Shown here: in pieces, positions 17,650 through 27,064 of the stretch
Position numbering within the stretch: position 1 is the stretch's first letter
Layout of the letters: each line of letters starts with the position of its first letter
Assembly (NCBI GenBank): GCA_039586365.1
Contig: JBDHKN010000027.1
Span: 1 to 54,809 of the forward strand
Direction: 5' to 3'
DNA: 54,809 bases
From: Gemmatimonadota bacterium
GTDB taxonomy: Bacteria > Gemmatimonadota > Gemmatimonadetes > Gemmatimonadales > GWC2-71-9
Position numbers and translations under genes: made by a program
Notes under the pieces: generated by a model
The model's input: the letters and a program-made list of their open reading frames with translations, nothing else
What the model was told of the DNA's origin: nothing
The model's database searches: none

Positions 17650-19905
17650 TTGAACCGATATAGACCTTTGTCTTTTCTGCCGCCGCTGTTTGCCGTAGGT
17701 GGCGTGGTGCCGAGCGGGTCATGGTGGGGCCGCGCGAGGGCATGCGCTGCCGCTCTTCTTGTTGCATCGACCGCCGGGGCAGCTGCGCAGCAGGCCGACG
17801 ACCTCAGCCCGCATAGCGACGCCGAGCTGGTTTCCGAAATGACCTCCGTGCGACCCGGTGAACCTTTCACGGTAGCTCTGTGGCTCCTCATGGAAGAGGG
17901 ATGGCACAGCTACTGGCGCAATCCGGGTGATGCCGGCATGGCGACCACGATCGAGTGGGATCTGCCGGAGGGATTCGAGGTCGGTGAGCTGCGATGGCCG
18001 TACCCGCTGCGAATTGAAGTACCGCCGCTGGTTAGCTACGGGTACTTGGATGAGGTCCTGTTGCTGGCCGAAATGACCCCACCCCATGAGCTGGTTCCGG
18101 GAACGACGGTGACGCTGGAAGGTCGGGCAGATTGGCTGATCTGTACTGAGATCTGCCTACCTGCCTCGGCGGAGCTGCGCCTCGAACTCCCTGTAGAATC
18201 GAGTACGCCGAGTCGCGATGAGGTGTGGCGGGGGGTCTTTGCGGAGACGAGGGCAAAGCTGCCGGTCGAGGTGGAGGGCTGGGATCTCACCGCGCGAAGG
18301 ACCGGCCGCGGATTCGATCTCGTGATCACCGCTCCACCCGGCCGTGAAACGACCGTGCAGGGCGCGTACTTCTTCGCCAGTGAGGAGGCGGTGGTGGCGC
18401 CGTCGGCCCAGCAACCGCTCGGTGCGAGTGGACAATCCATGACCCTCTCACTCACGATATCGCCGTACCTGCAGGGTACTGTGGAGACGCTCAATGGTGT
18501 GCTACTGGCCGGAGAGAGCGTCACCTGGGACGAGGCAGGGTCCGTACGGGCGATGGCGGTAGCGGCACCGGTCACAGCACAGGTGTTGCAGCCTGGCTCG
18601 GAGGTGGGGCAGGGTGGGTCGCCGACTTTGCTGGTGGCGCTGGCGTTTGCGTTTGTTGGTGGGCTGCTCCTCAATCTGATGCCGTGCGTGTTCCCGATCT
18701 TATCCATCAAGGTGTTGGGCTTCGTGCACCGCGGCGGTGAAGACAGGGCCAGGGTGCGGGCGCACGGGCTTGCTTTCGGGCTGGGAGTCATCGTGTCGTT
18801 CTTGGCTCTGGCTGCGGTCATCCAAGTGCTGCGGGCCGGCGGCACCCGGCTGGGTTGGGGGTTTCAGCTTCAGTCGCCGACGTTTGTGGCGGGCATGGCG
18901 ATCCTGTTCTTCGTGATAGCTCTCAACTTGCTAGGAGTGTTCGAGGTCGGCACCTGGCTCGCCAGCGTCACGGGGCGGATAGCCCAGCCAGCCGGTTACC
19001 CTGATTCCTTTTTGAGTGGAGCGCTGGCCACGCTGGTAGCCACCCCGTGCACGGCACCCTTCATGGGCACGGCCCTGGGGTTTGCTCTGACCCAGAGGGC
19101 AGCCACAACACTGATTGTCTTTGGCACGCTTGGGATAGGCATGGCGACACCGTACGTGGTACTGTCGCTAGCGCCCAGCTTGATCGAGCGGTTGCCGCGA
19201 CCAGGGGCGTGGATGGAAACACTGAAGCAGTTGTTGGCATTTCCCCTGCTCGGTACCGTCATTTGGCTGCTCTGGGTTTTCGGGCTACAGACAGGCATGG
19301 GGGGAGCAACTTCGCTCCTCATTGCTCTGTTGCTGGTTGGCTTCGTAACGTGGATTCTGGGTCGCTGGCAAGCACAGTTGATCACGGCTCGCACGCGGCT
19401 GGTGACGCGGGGCATCGCGGCTGTTGCCCTGTTCTTGGCCGGGGCGCTCGTGGTGCGCGGCAGCGGAGGTGATGCTGCTGCAGCCAGTGGCCTGTCCTGG
19501 CAGCCTTTCTCTGCCGCAAGGGTGCAGGAACTGAGGGCTGCGGGACGTACCGTGTTCGTCGATTTCACAGCCGCTTGGTGCATCACCTGCCAAGTGAACG
19601 AGCAAGTGGTTCTGTCTTCGCGTACGGTGACAGACGCTTTTGTGCAGTACGATGTGGCCACGTTGCAGGCCGACTGGACCAAGTTCGACCAGGAAATAAC
19701 CGACGCACTGGAGAGTTTCGGTCGCAGCGGGGTACCTTTGTACGTTGTCTATCCTGGCGACGGGTATATGTCACCCATCGTCCTGCCTACGATCCTGTCG
19801 AAACAAGGTGTACTGGATGCGTTGTCAGACGCCGCGGCAGCGACTGGGTCCCTACGCCAAACGGACAGTCTCGAGAGCCTGACAAGCGAACGGAGTGGAG
19901 TATGA
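17650..19905 (+). CDS. dsbD: Protein-disulfide reductase DsbD family (DsbC-N, TM and thioredoxin domains)
   Basis: GWHSYWRNPGDAG, WLICTEICLP, LLNLMPCVFPILSIK, ATPCTAPF and DFTAAWCITC motifs. Confidence 0.9.
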   Translation: MNRYRPLSFLPPLFAVGGVVPSGSWWGRARACAAALLVASTAGAAAQQADDLSPHSDAELVSEMTSVRPGEPFTVALWLLMEEGWHSYWRNPGDAGMATTIEWDLPEGFEVGELRWPYPLRIEVPPLVSYGYLDEVLLLAEMTPPHELVPGTTVTLEGRADWLICTEICLPASAELRLELPVESSTPSRDEVWRGVFAETRAKLPVEVEGWDLTARRTGRGFDLVITAPPGRETTVQGAYFFASEEAVVAPSAQQPLGASGQSMTLSLTISPYLQGTVETLNGVLLAGESVTWDEAGSVRAMAVAAPVTAQVLQPGSEVGQGGSPTLLVALAFAFVGGLLLNLMPCVFPILSIKVLGFVHRGGEDRARVRAHGLAFGLGVIVSFLALAAVIQVLRAGGTRLGWGFQLQSPTFVAGMAILFFVIALNLLGVFEVGTWLASVTGRIAQPAGYPDSFLSGALATLVATPCTAPFMGTALGFALTQRAATTLIVFGTLGIGMATPYVVLSLAPSLIERLPRPGAWMETLKQLLAFPLLGTVIWLLWVFGLQTGMGGATSLLIALLLVGFVTWILGRWQAQLITARTRLVTRGIAAVALFLAGALVVRGSGGDAAAASGLSWQPFSAARVQELRAAGRTVFVDFTAAWCITCQVNEQVVLSSRTVTDAFVQYDVATLQADWTKFDQEITDALESFGRSGVPLYVVYPGDGYMSPIVLPTILSKQGVLDALSDAAAATGSLRQTDSLESLTSERSGV

Positions 19906-20531
19906 GAAGATCAATCTCAACAACAATACTTGCTGGATTGGCTACGGTAACAGTGGTTGCGTCAAATCTTGCGGCCCAGATTAGCGGCGGCGAGATCGGC
20001 GGTCCAGCGCCATCGTTCACGCTGCCAGATACTTATGACGAGGAGCACTCGCTGTCCGATTACAGGGGCGAATGGGTCGTGTTGGAGTGGCTCAACTACG
20101 AGTGCCCTTTTGTGCGCAAGCACTATGACAGTGGGAACATGCAACGCCTCCAGCAAGCATACGCAGAGAAGGGCGTCAAGTGGTTTGCGGTTGTTTCGTC
20201 CGCGCCGGGGAAACAAGGCTACCACGAACCGGATGAGCTGAACCGCCTGTCACAGGCCAAGGGGAGCAAGGTGGCTGCCGTGCTGCTAGATCCCGAGGGT
20301 ACGGTGGGAAAGCTGTACGGGGCACAGACCACCCCTCAGATGTACGTCATCAGTCCGGCCGGGATCCTGCTCTACAACGGTGCCATTGACGACAAGCCGA
20401 GCGCGCGGCTGGAATCACTCGAGGGGGCACACAACTACCTTGCCGCGGCGTTGGACGAGGCAATGAACGGCCGACCCGTTACTACTCCTACGTCAAAGCC
20501 CTACGGCTGCTCCGTCAAATACCAGGAGTAG
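19902..20531 (+). CDS. Exported AhpC/TSA-redoxin family thioredoxin-fold protein
   Basis: ATGA overlap with the dsbD stop. Signal peptide, APSFTLPD, VVLEWLNYECPFV, YNGAIDD, PYGCSVKY. Confidence 0.9.
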   Translation: MRRSISTTILAGLATVTVVASNLAAQISGGEIGGPAPSFTLPDTYDEEHSLSDYRGEWVVLEWLNYECPFVRKHYDSGNMQRLQQAYAEKGVKWFAVVSSAPGKQGYHEPDELNRLSQAKGSKVAAVLLDPEGTVGKLYGAQTTPQMYVISPAGILLYNGAIDDKPSARLESLEGAHNYLAAALDEAMNGRPVTTPTSKPYGCSVKYQE

Positions 20532-20805
20532 CGGCGCGACCGGTGTGAGTGGTGGGGAGCCTTGAGTTCCCCGCTTCCTGTGTGCCTGAACCCAGATTCC
20601 GTCCGCGTCCAACCATCTGCGTCCTGTCGTAAGATGTTGTCCCTAAAGCGTTTGTGCATCTCACGCCGGTCTTCTTGAGTCGCGCGTTGTGTAGCGACCG
20701 CCGGTCGATTCGCTCCCCGGTTCACCGGCCCGGTATGGCGTGCTGGCTGGCGCTCTTACATTTTGATGGGTTTGCTCTTGAAAAAGCGACCCATGGGAGC
20801 GTCTA

Positions 20806-21012
20806 ATGTGTCGGAATGGGGGCGAGCGTCGTGGTAGGCAACGCCGGAAACGGCGGGATCGTCGTGCGGGTACCGACCGCCGGGGGGATGAACGACGTGT
20901 GGTGCCGGTCGCATTAGTGGTGGGTCAGCGCGCCGGAGTCGAACGCCGGGTGCAGAGTCGGCGCTTGATGCCCCGGCGCAGCGGGCGCCCGGATCGGCGG
21001 GATTCTGAGTAG
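20806..21012 (+). CDS. Small Arg-rich protein with (D/E)RR repeats
   Basis: GGAG precedes the ATG. ERR, QRR, DRR, DRR, ERR, ERR and DRR units. Confidence 0.45.
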   Translation: MCRNGGERRGRQRRKRRDRRAGTDRRGDERRVVPVALVVGQRAGVERRVQSRRLMPRRSGRPDRRDSE

Positions 21013-21126
21013 CTTCCGCTCGGTTGGGGGTGGCTTTGGGGGCAGCCTCGCGCAGCGGCCGGCCGTTCTATCCCTCTGTGGCGCTCGATCGAGCGACCAC
21101 GCAAGCCTCCATGAACCGAGGTTGTC

Positions 21127-21621
21127 ATGACCAGTGAACAGCGGCGTCGCTGCCCATGGTGCTGGGAGTTGATTGACCGGTCCGCAGCGGTGTGCGCCCA
21201 CTGCAATAAAGAGGTGAAACCGCTGGTCGATCGCGGCGCGAGTTCTGGGTCACAGCCGGCTGTGGGCCAGGCTACTGACCCAGGTACCGGGCAAGCGGAG
21301 GGCCCCGCAGCCGAAGTGGCAGCGGTGGGTCTGCCCGACCTGGGCACCACTTCTGGTCAGCTGGTCTGGTGGGCCAGTGCAATCCTGATCTACGGCATTC
21401 TGCTTCTGGCTACGGCACTTGCATACCCATCACCCGGTACAGCAGTTGCGGTGGTGCTCTTCATGGCCCAACTGACGGCTGCGTACTTCATCAATCGCAT
21501 GCTGTGGACCCGCATGCGGAGCTGGCCGGCCGCGAAGGTCAGGAATACTATGGTGATCTTGGGTGTGGTCGTCGTAGTATTATTCGTCTTGGGCTGGGCG
21601 AGACGCCGCTTTGTGGGATAG
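21127..21621 (+). CDS. Membrane protein with N-terminal zinc ribbon
   Basis: GAGG SD, CPWC-x10-CAHC, three TM helices. Confidence 0.75.
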   Translation: MTSEQRRRCPWCWELIDRSAAVCAHCNKEVKPLVDRGASSGSQPAVGQATDPGTGQAEGPAAEVAAVGLPDLGTTSGQLVWWASAILIYGILLLATALAYPSPGTAVAVVLFMAQLTAAYFINRMLWTRMRSWPAAKVRNTMVILGVVVVVLFVLGWARRRFVG

Positions 21622-21684
21622 CCTGTTAGGCCGGTGTACCAGTTCAGAAGTGCGGCTGCTGGGAGTTCTGTTCGAGACAAGAGC

Positions 21685-22464
21685 TTGAGTCCTGTTGAGA
21701 TCGAAACCAAGCTAGCGATTGTATCGGATATGCCGACTGCAATCGTGGACCAGATCTCCCAGCTCTCATCCATAGTTGACCTCCTGCTTGTCTCACCGGA
21801 GACAGTCCTTCTGCGGGACACCTACTTTGATACCACCGACCGGCAACTGAGCGCCGGTAAGGTAGCCCTGCGCCTAAGGGAGGTCGGCGGGCGCTGCCTG
21901 ATTGGCTTGAAGGGTCCCGAGGAGCCCGCCGCCGACGGAATGAAACGCATGGAACACGAAGCCATTTGGACACCTATGGCTTTGACGACGGTGCTGCAAT
22001 TGATAGCGGATTACGGGATCCCCGTCAGCAAGTCTCAGGCGGCCGGACTCACTGAGAATCCAGTCTGTGTGATTGAGGGTCTGGGACTCAAGCCCGTTCA
22101 GGTTCGGGATACGGAACGCCTACGCCGCGACCTGGTCGATCGATCGGAGCAGTCCACTGCAATCGCCGAGTTAGTCGTGGACTCGGTCAGCTACCACCTG
22201 CCGGGAAGAGTAATCGCTCATCACGAAGTGGAGATCGAGCTCAAGTCGTCCGGGGACACAGAAGTACTCGGCGCGGTTTGTCGAGAACTACAGGGTAGTT
22301 GGCGAGAGCTTATTCCCTGGCTCCATTCGAAGTACGCTACGGGGTGGGCAGCCGAGCGCCTTCTTGCAGCGGGTATCCTGACGGACCATATCGCTGCGTC
22401 AGGCCAGCTGAGGCCATCGGCCTATCGATTGATCGCCGACTGGCTCTCGGCGCCCCGGGCCTGA
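21685..22464 (+). CDS. CYTH-domain (triphosphate tunnel) protein
   Basis: EIETK, DTYFDT...ALRLR, GLKGP, EHE, EVEIELK, SKY motifs. Confidence 0.85.
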   Translation: MSPVEIETKLAIVSDMPTAIVDQISQLSSIVDLLLVSPETVLLRDTYFDTTDRQLSAGKVALRLREVGGRCLIGLKGPEEPAADGMKRMEHEAIWTPMALTTVLQLIADYGIPVSKSQAAGLTENPVCVIEGLGLKPVQVRDTERLRRDLVDRSEQSTAIAELVVDSVSYHLPGRVIAHHEVEIELKSSGDTEVLGAVCRELQGSWRELIPWLHSKYATGWAAERLLAAGILTDHIAASGQLRPSAYRLIADWLSAPRA

Positions 22465-22509
22465 GGTCGCCCGACCTGGGGCTCCGAGTACATCACCGCC
22501 CGGGATTCC

Positions 22510-23073
22510 CTAGTGCCAGGTCAGTCCGAGAGTGAACGCGAGAATGGCCGTGTTCCGATCGTCACCGCTTGCTGTCTCGATTGCCTGGAAGAGTATGTCG
22601 GCGTTGGGTGTGAGATAGATGTTGTTCCCCAGCTTCACGTCCCAGCCAAGGCCGAATGTGGTGCCGAAACCTCCTCTCGAAACGGAGAAATCGAAAACCA
22701 CCAAGTCGCCGCTAACGTCCACGTAGGCAGCCCCTATGCCACCCTTCAAGAACAACCCACCAGTGGTACTGGGAAAGAAGAGCACGACGAAAGTTGTGTT
22801 GCCGCGAGAGTATCTGATTCCCTCTTCGGCCCGTCCCCAGCCGATTATCTCGCCACCGAGCAGCCACCGTTGATTCAGGGTTCCTCCCAGCCGGAAGTAA
22901 CCCGCGCCACCACCCAGCCCCTCCTCACGCTGACCCTCCGTGGTGCTCCAGCCGCCTCCGATGCCGAAGCCAATCCAGAACCCCTCGTGACGGTGTCCCG
23001 GCTGTGCTTGGGCGACGTTTGCCGTAAGGTGTAAAGCCAGTAGTATCGCACCGACTGAACGGAACGAAGGCAT
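22510..23073 (-). CDS. Small outer-membrane beta-barrel protein
   Basis: Signal peptide ending AQA, Gly/aromatic alternating strands, C-terminal LGLTWH. Confidence 0.75.
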   Translation of the reverse strand: MPSFRSVGAILLALHLTANVAQAQPGHRHEGFWIGFGIGGGWSTTEGQREEGLGGGAGYFRLGGTLNQRWLLGGEIIGWGRAEEGIRYSRGNTTFVVLFFPSTTGGLFLKGGIGAAYVDVSGDLVVFDFSVSRGGFGTTFGLGWDVKLGNNIYLTPNADILFQAIETASGDDRNTAILAFTLGLTWH

Positions 23074-23188
23074 GTGGCCCTCCAGGCAACAGGTGTTCGT
23101 CTTGCGGCAGGGAACTCGCCGCTGGATTTGCAGGTTAGGAAGATCCAGGATACAGTGCAAGACCAGCAGAATCCCATGGGAGTACTTC

Positions 23189-23590
23189 ATGTCCAAGAAA
23201 GTTGCCAAAACCGATGCTGAGTGGCGCGAGCAACTGACCGACGAGCAGTACAATGTCACTCGACGGAAGGGTACGGAACGCGCCTTCACCGGCGAATACC
23301 ACGATTGCAGGGAAGCAGGCGTCTACAAATGTGTGTGCTGTGGCAACGAGCTGTTCAGGTCCGACACCAAGTACGAATCTGGCACCGGCTGGCCGAGTTT
23401 CTGGGCGCCGGTCTCGGGGGATTCGGTGACCACGTGCGCAGACAACAGCCTGTTCGTGCGCCGCACCGAAGTCCTGTGCAGTGCCTGCGATGCACATCTG
23501 GGGCACGTGTTCGAGGATGGTCCTGAACCGACGGGATTGCGCTACTGTCTCAATTCTGTTGCACTGAAACTGGAAAATGAGAATGGATGA
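23189..23590 (+). CDS. msrB: Peptide-methionine (R)-S-oxide reductase
   Basis: GTERAF, CVCC, SGTGWPSF, RTEV.C..CDAHLGHVF.DGP, RYCLNS. Confidence 0.97.
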   Translation: MSKKVAKTDAEWREQLTDEQYNVTRRKGTERAFTGEYHDCREAGVYKCVCCGNELFRSDTKYESGTGWPSFWAPVSGDSVTTCADNSLFVRRTEVLCSACDAHLGHVFEDGPEPTGLRYCLNSVALKLENENG

Positions 23591-23595
23591 GCTAA

Positions 23596-24030
23596 CTACG
23601 CTGCCCAAACAACACGGCCATCGGAAGCAATCCGAACCTCCACGTCGTCGGGCATCATAGCGAGTTGGGTGCTGGATAACTGGACGACTGGGACCGTTGG
23701 GTAACCCAGCTCGCGTGCAACGACAACTCCGAGCAACAGGATTGCGTCGGTGTTCCCCAGTAGGAGGGCGGCAGGGGTCTTGCCGTTGCGCAACAACTCC
23801 AGCATCACAGCACTCGAGGAACTGGAGCCCACGGTCGCTGGGACAACCAGTACGGTACCGTCGATGCGCATCCCGTAGTTGGGGTGGCGTGGATCGGAGA
23901 TCTTCCCTGTTTCCGGGTCTACTCCGCCCCAAAAGCTGATGGGTGCGGCGAGCTTCAGTACGGGGCCCGATGCTTCACCTGACAGCAGCATGCGTCCCTG
24001 CAGTGCTCGCTCCACCTCCCTCAACTCCAT
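23596..24030 (-). CDS. Aconitase X swivel (small) subunit, DUF126
   Basis: PISFWGGVDPETG.I.D..HP, GSSSSS. Overlaps the 3' end of the large-subunit gene. Confidence 0.85.
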   Translation of the reverse strand: MELREVERALQGRMLLSGEASGPVLKLAAPISFWGGVDPETGKISDPRHPNYGMRIDGTVLVVPATVGSSSSSAVMLELLRNGKTPAALLLGNTDAILLLGVVVARELGYPTVPVVQLSSTQLAMMPDDVEVRIASDGRVVWAA

Positions 24031-25277
24031 ATTGATTCGTCGCGCGTCACGCGGCCGGTCACAGCCGAGGCCACGCAGTCCGCAAGGCTGCCGTAGACTA
24101 CGTCGTAGCCCGTGTTGGCCGGAGTGTAGTGGGCGAACTTCCCGGAATTGGTCATCAAAACGCCACCGTCCGCCGGTAGGATTGGTGTGACCACTATACA
24201 CGTATCCACGACCACAATGATCCCGAGTGCCTCAAGCCTGGCAAGGCGTCCCTGGGAGGCCAGTTCAGTCTGAACGTTGCGGCTGGTGCAGACGTAGCAC
24301 GGAACGCGAAAGCTCTGGTTGCCCGCCAAGCGCTCCAACTCGCTGAACTCAGCCAGTGAAAAATGGGGGCTGCCGACTGCGACGGCGTCGACTAGCTGCG
24401 ACTCGGTTGTGGTGAGCCGATTGAGTGTGTCTCGGAGGACGGAGGCGGTCAGGCGAAAGACTTGGGTAGGGAGCACCCCGCCCAGCGCTGTCGCGACGTC
24501 GGGTGCCTCTGGTGTCACACCTGCCACGTGGAACATCCCAACGGCCCCGGTTGACGAGGCCGCAGCTCCCAGCGCCTTGAGCTGGTCTTCGGTCGTGTCC
24601 GGCGGGAGCCCATCGATTACTGCTATCTGGTCACCTACAGTGGCACCCAGCCAGCTACCCAGCACAGGGTAAAGGACGTCAGACCGTTTCAACCCCAAGG
24701 GCAATTGACTCGTATCTACCAGGATCGTGGCGCGGCGATTCTCGGCCACATGTAATCCGGTGTATGGTGCTCGGCTGACCAATGCGCAGCATATGTCGAA
24801 GAAATCACCGTACCGGTTTGTGCGAGCCCCAAGCACCGAATTGGCGAACGCTACGGCATTGCTTTCTCCCCAGGCTACCTGGTCACCCAACCCGGGCCGG
24901 TGTCCTGCCTGATACGGCGCGCAGGTCCACGTGGGCCGACAGCCGAGTTCGACGTAGGCCTCCATGAGGCGTCGTGCCATTTCGCGTCGCTGGGCGTCAG
25001 CGCGCACCACCTTGGGATGCAGCAGGTCCAGCGCGCCGACATTGAGGGATGTGGGCACCAGGACCCTACCCCCGCCCGCAACCAGCCGTTCGGCGAACTC
25101 CACGCCGCCGTCACCGTGGTAGAGGCACCCGTCTATGTGTGCGGAGCTGATCTGCACCAATTCGTCCGCGCCCATCAGCTCAGCCATCTCAGTGACGATT
25201 CGCATGGCCGTCCCTGCCGCGGCTCCGTGATCACCGCGGACGAAGGAGTCCTCTTCAGCCGAGAGTCGCACCGTCAT
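24021..25277 (-). CDS. Aconitase X catalytic (large) subunit, DUF521
   Basis: AHIDGC, TCAPY, AWGESNAV.FANSVLGARTN, FHVAGVTPEA, GSPHFS, DTC, MTNSGKFAHY. Confidence 0.9.
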   Translation of the reverse strand: MTVRLSAEEDSFVRGDHGAAAGTAMRIVTEMAELMGADELVQISSAHIDGCLYHGDGGVEFAERLVAGGGRVLVPTSLNVGALDLLHPKVVRADAQRREMARRLMEAYVELGCRPTWTCAPYQAGHRPGLGDQVAWGESNAVAFANSVLGARTNRYGDFFDICCALVSRAPYTGLHVAENRRATILVDTSQLPLGLKRSDVLYPVLGSWLGATVGDQIAVIDGLPPDTTEDQLKALGAAASSTGAVGMFHVAGVTPEAPDVATALGGVLPTQVFRLTASVLRDTLNRLTTTESQLVDAVAVGSPHFSLAEFSELERLAGNQSFRVPCYVCTSRNVQTELASQGRLARLEALGIIVVVDTCIVVTPILPADGGVLMTNSGKFAHYTPANTGYDVVYGSLADCVASAVTGRVTRDESIWS

Positions 25278-25327
25278 AGTGGGGCCCTACGTACCTGTGG
25301 TCCTATGCATACAAGCAACCCGCAACC

Positions 25328-27013
25328 TCACATCTTCGCCTCGACGATCTCGAGTATCTCTCTCTCGAGGGCCATAGCTTTCTCCTCAAGCTCTCTTCCT
25401 CGAGTCGTCACTGTGGCCACGAACTCCTGGTCGGCCAAGTCAGCCGAGTTGATCTTCACGTTGAGGAACCCGCCCCGCACGGCCAAGAGAGCGCAGAGGG
25501 CCGCTACGCCCGCGTCCGACACGGACTTTGGATTGCCAATCTCCGCCATCTGCTTGATCACTTCCATCGATCGGTACGCTGTCTCCATTACGTTGAACGG
25601 CACCTCGATGGCTTTCCTAGTCGCCGACTCAATGGCCTGCTTGCGCTCTAGCTGCTCCGCTTCGCTCCCGTTCGGCAGGCCGAAGGCTTCCAGGACTGCA
25701 TTGAATGCATCGGTGTCCCGATCGACTAGGCTGAGCAGCTCGTCGTGCAGCACCTTGCCTCGCTCTGCCCAATCCGAGAACTCGGCCCACAGCTCGTCCC
25801 AGCCCCGTTTGTGTGCCGAGATGTTCGCTACCATCGTCGCCAGGGCGGCTCCCATAGAGCCGACCGCTGCCGCTACGGAACCTCCACCGGGCGCGGGAGA
25901 TTCAGCCGCAATGGCCTCGATAAAGGAACTGACAGTCTTGTCGCTGAGTTTCCGTTGCGACCGATCGGAAATAGCGTATTCGATGATCTTCTCCTGCGGT
26001 TTGAATGGATGAAGGTCGTCGAGTCCGAGCGATTTGACGGCGATCTTGATGATCTCTCGATCTGCAATCCCAGTGGAGCGTTGTTGCTTCTTGAGGAAGT
26101 ACTTGCCTGCATCCAACATCGCCCTGAGGGGAATCAGACCCACCAACTCAGAGCCCGTGACTCTGATGCCACGAGCTTCGGCCCTGCGGCATACTTCATC
26201 GAATGCGAGGTGAACTGGGGTGGTACTGATGTCGGTCAGATTCATCGAGATTTGAGCGATACCGTACTCCTCGATGTACCAACCGATGGCCTTCACGTTC
26301 TTGAGCGAACCTGGAATCCAAACTGGTTCTCCTTGCTCGTCGCGGACGATCTCTCCTGTCACAGGATTGCCACTTCTCTTCATGCGACCCTTCTCGCGCA
26401 CATCGAAGGCAATGGCGTTGGCTCGGCGGGTGGAAGTCGTGTTGAGGTTGATGTTATATGCTACCAGGAAATCACGTGCGCCCACCGCAGTGGCACCGGT
26501 CTTGGGATTGAATTCGGCCGGGCCAAAATCAGGCTGCCACGCAGGTTGTGACAGTCTTTCCCTGAGCCCTTCATATTCCCCTGCCCGCACGTCTGCAAGA
26601 TTCCGCCGTTGGTCGGTGAATGCCGCGCTCTCATAGCAATACACCGCGACGTTCAACTCCTCACCAATCCGCTGAGCCAGCTTTCGGGCGTAGACGACGG
26701 TCTCTGCCATTGTGATGTTGGACACCGGGACCAGAGGACATACATCCGTGGCACCGAAGCGAGGGTGCTCACCCTTGTGGTTGCTCATGTCGATCAGCTC
26801 GGAGGCTTTGCCCACTGCTCTCACAGCGGCCTCGATGACCTCCTCCGGCGGGCCCACGAACGTCACGACTGTCCGGTTCGTAGCCTTGCCGGGATCCACG
26901 TCCAACAGGGTGACTCCCTCCACTGCCTCGATCTGGTCTGTTATTTGCTTGATGATTGACAGATCCTTCCCTTCGCTGAAATTGGGAACGCATTCAATCA
27001 GTTGCGCTTGCAT
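25328..27013 (-). CDS. ftcD: Bifunctional glutamate formimidoyltransferase / formiminotetrahydrofolate cyclodeaminase
   Basis: ECVPNFSEG, HKGEHPRFGATDVCP and GARDFLVAYN (FT domain); PAPGGGSVAA and GNPKSVSDAGV (CD domain). SD GAGG before the ATG at 27013. Confidence 0.93.
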   Translation of the reverse strand: MQAQLIECVPNFSEGKDLSIIKQITDQIEAVEGVTLLDVDPGKATNRTVVTFVGPPEEVIEAAVRAVGKASELIDMSNHKGEHPRFGATDVCPLVPVSNITMAETVVYARKLAQRIGEELNVAVYCYESAAFTDQRRNLADVRAGEYEGLRERLSQPAWQPDFGPAEFNPKTGATAVGARDFLVAYNINLNTTSTRRANAIAFDVREKGRMKRSGNPVTGEIVRDEQGEPVWIPGSLKNVKAIGWYIEEYGIAQISMNLTDISTTPVHLAFDEVCRRAEARGIRVTGSELVGLIPLRAMLDAGKYFLKKQQRSTGIADREIIKIAVKSLGLDDLHPFKPQEKIIEYAISDRSQRKLSDKTVSSFIEAIAAESPAPGGGSVAAAVGSMGAALATMVANISAHKRGWDELWAEFSDWAERGKVLHDELLSLVDRDTDAFNAVLEAFGLPNGSEAEQLERKQAIESATRKAIEVPFNVMETAYRSMEVIKQMAEIGNPKSVSDAGVAALCALLAVRGGFLNVKINSADLADQEFVATVTTRGRELEEKAMALEREILEIVEAKM

Positions 27014-27064
27014 AGCTCTATCCTCAGACATCTGCACTGTCCAAAGCAGTGCGAATCGGCGGTT

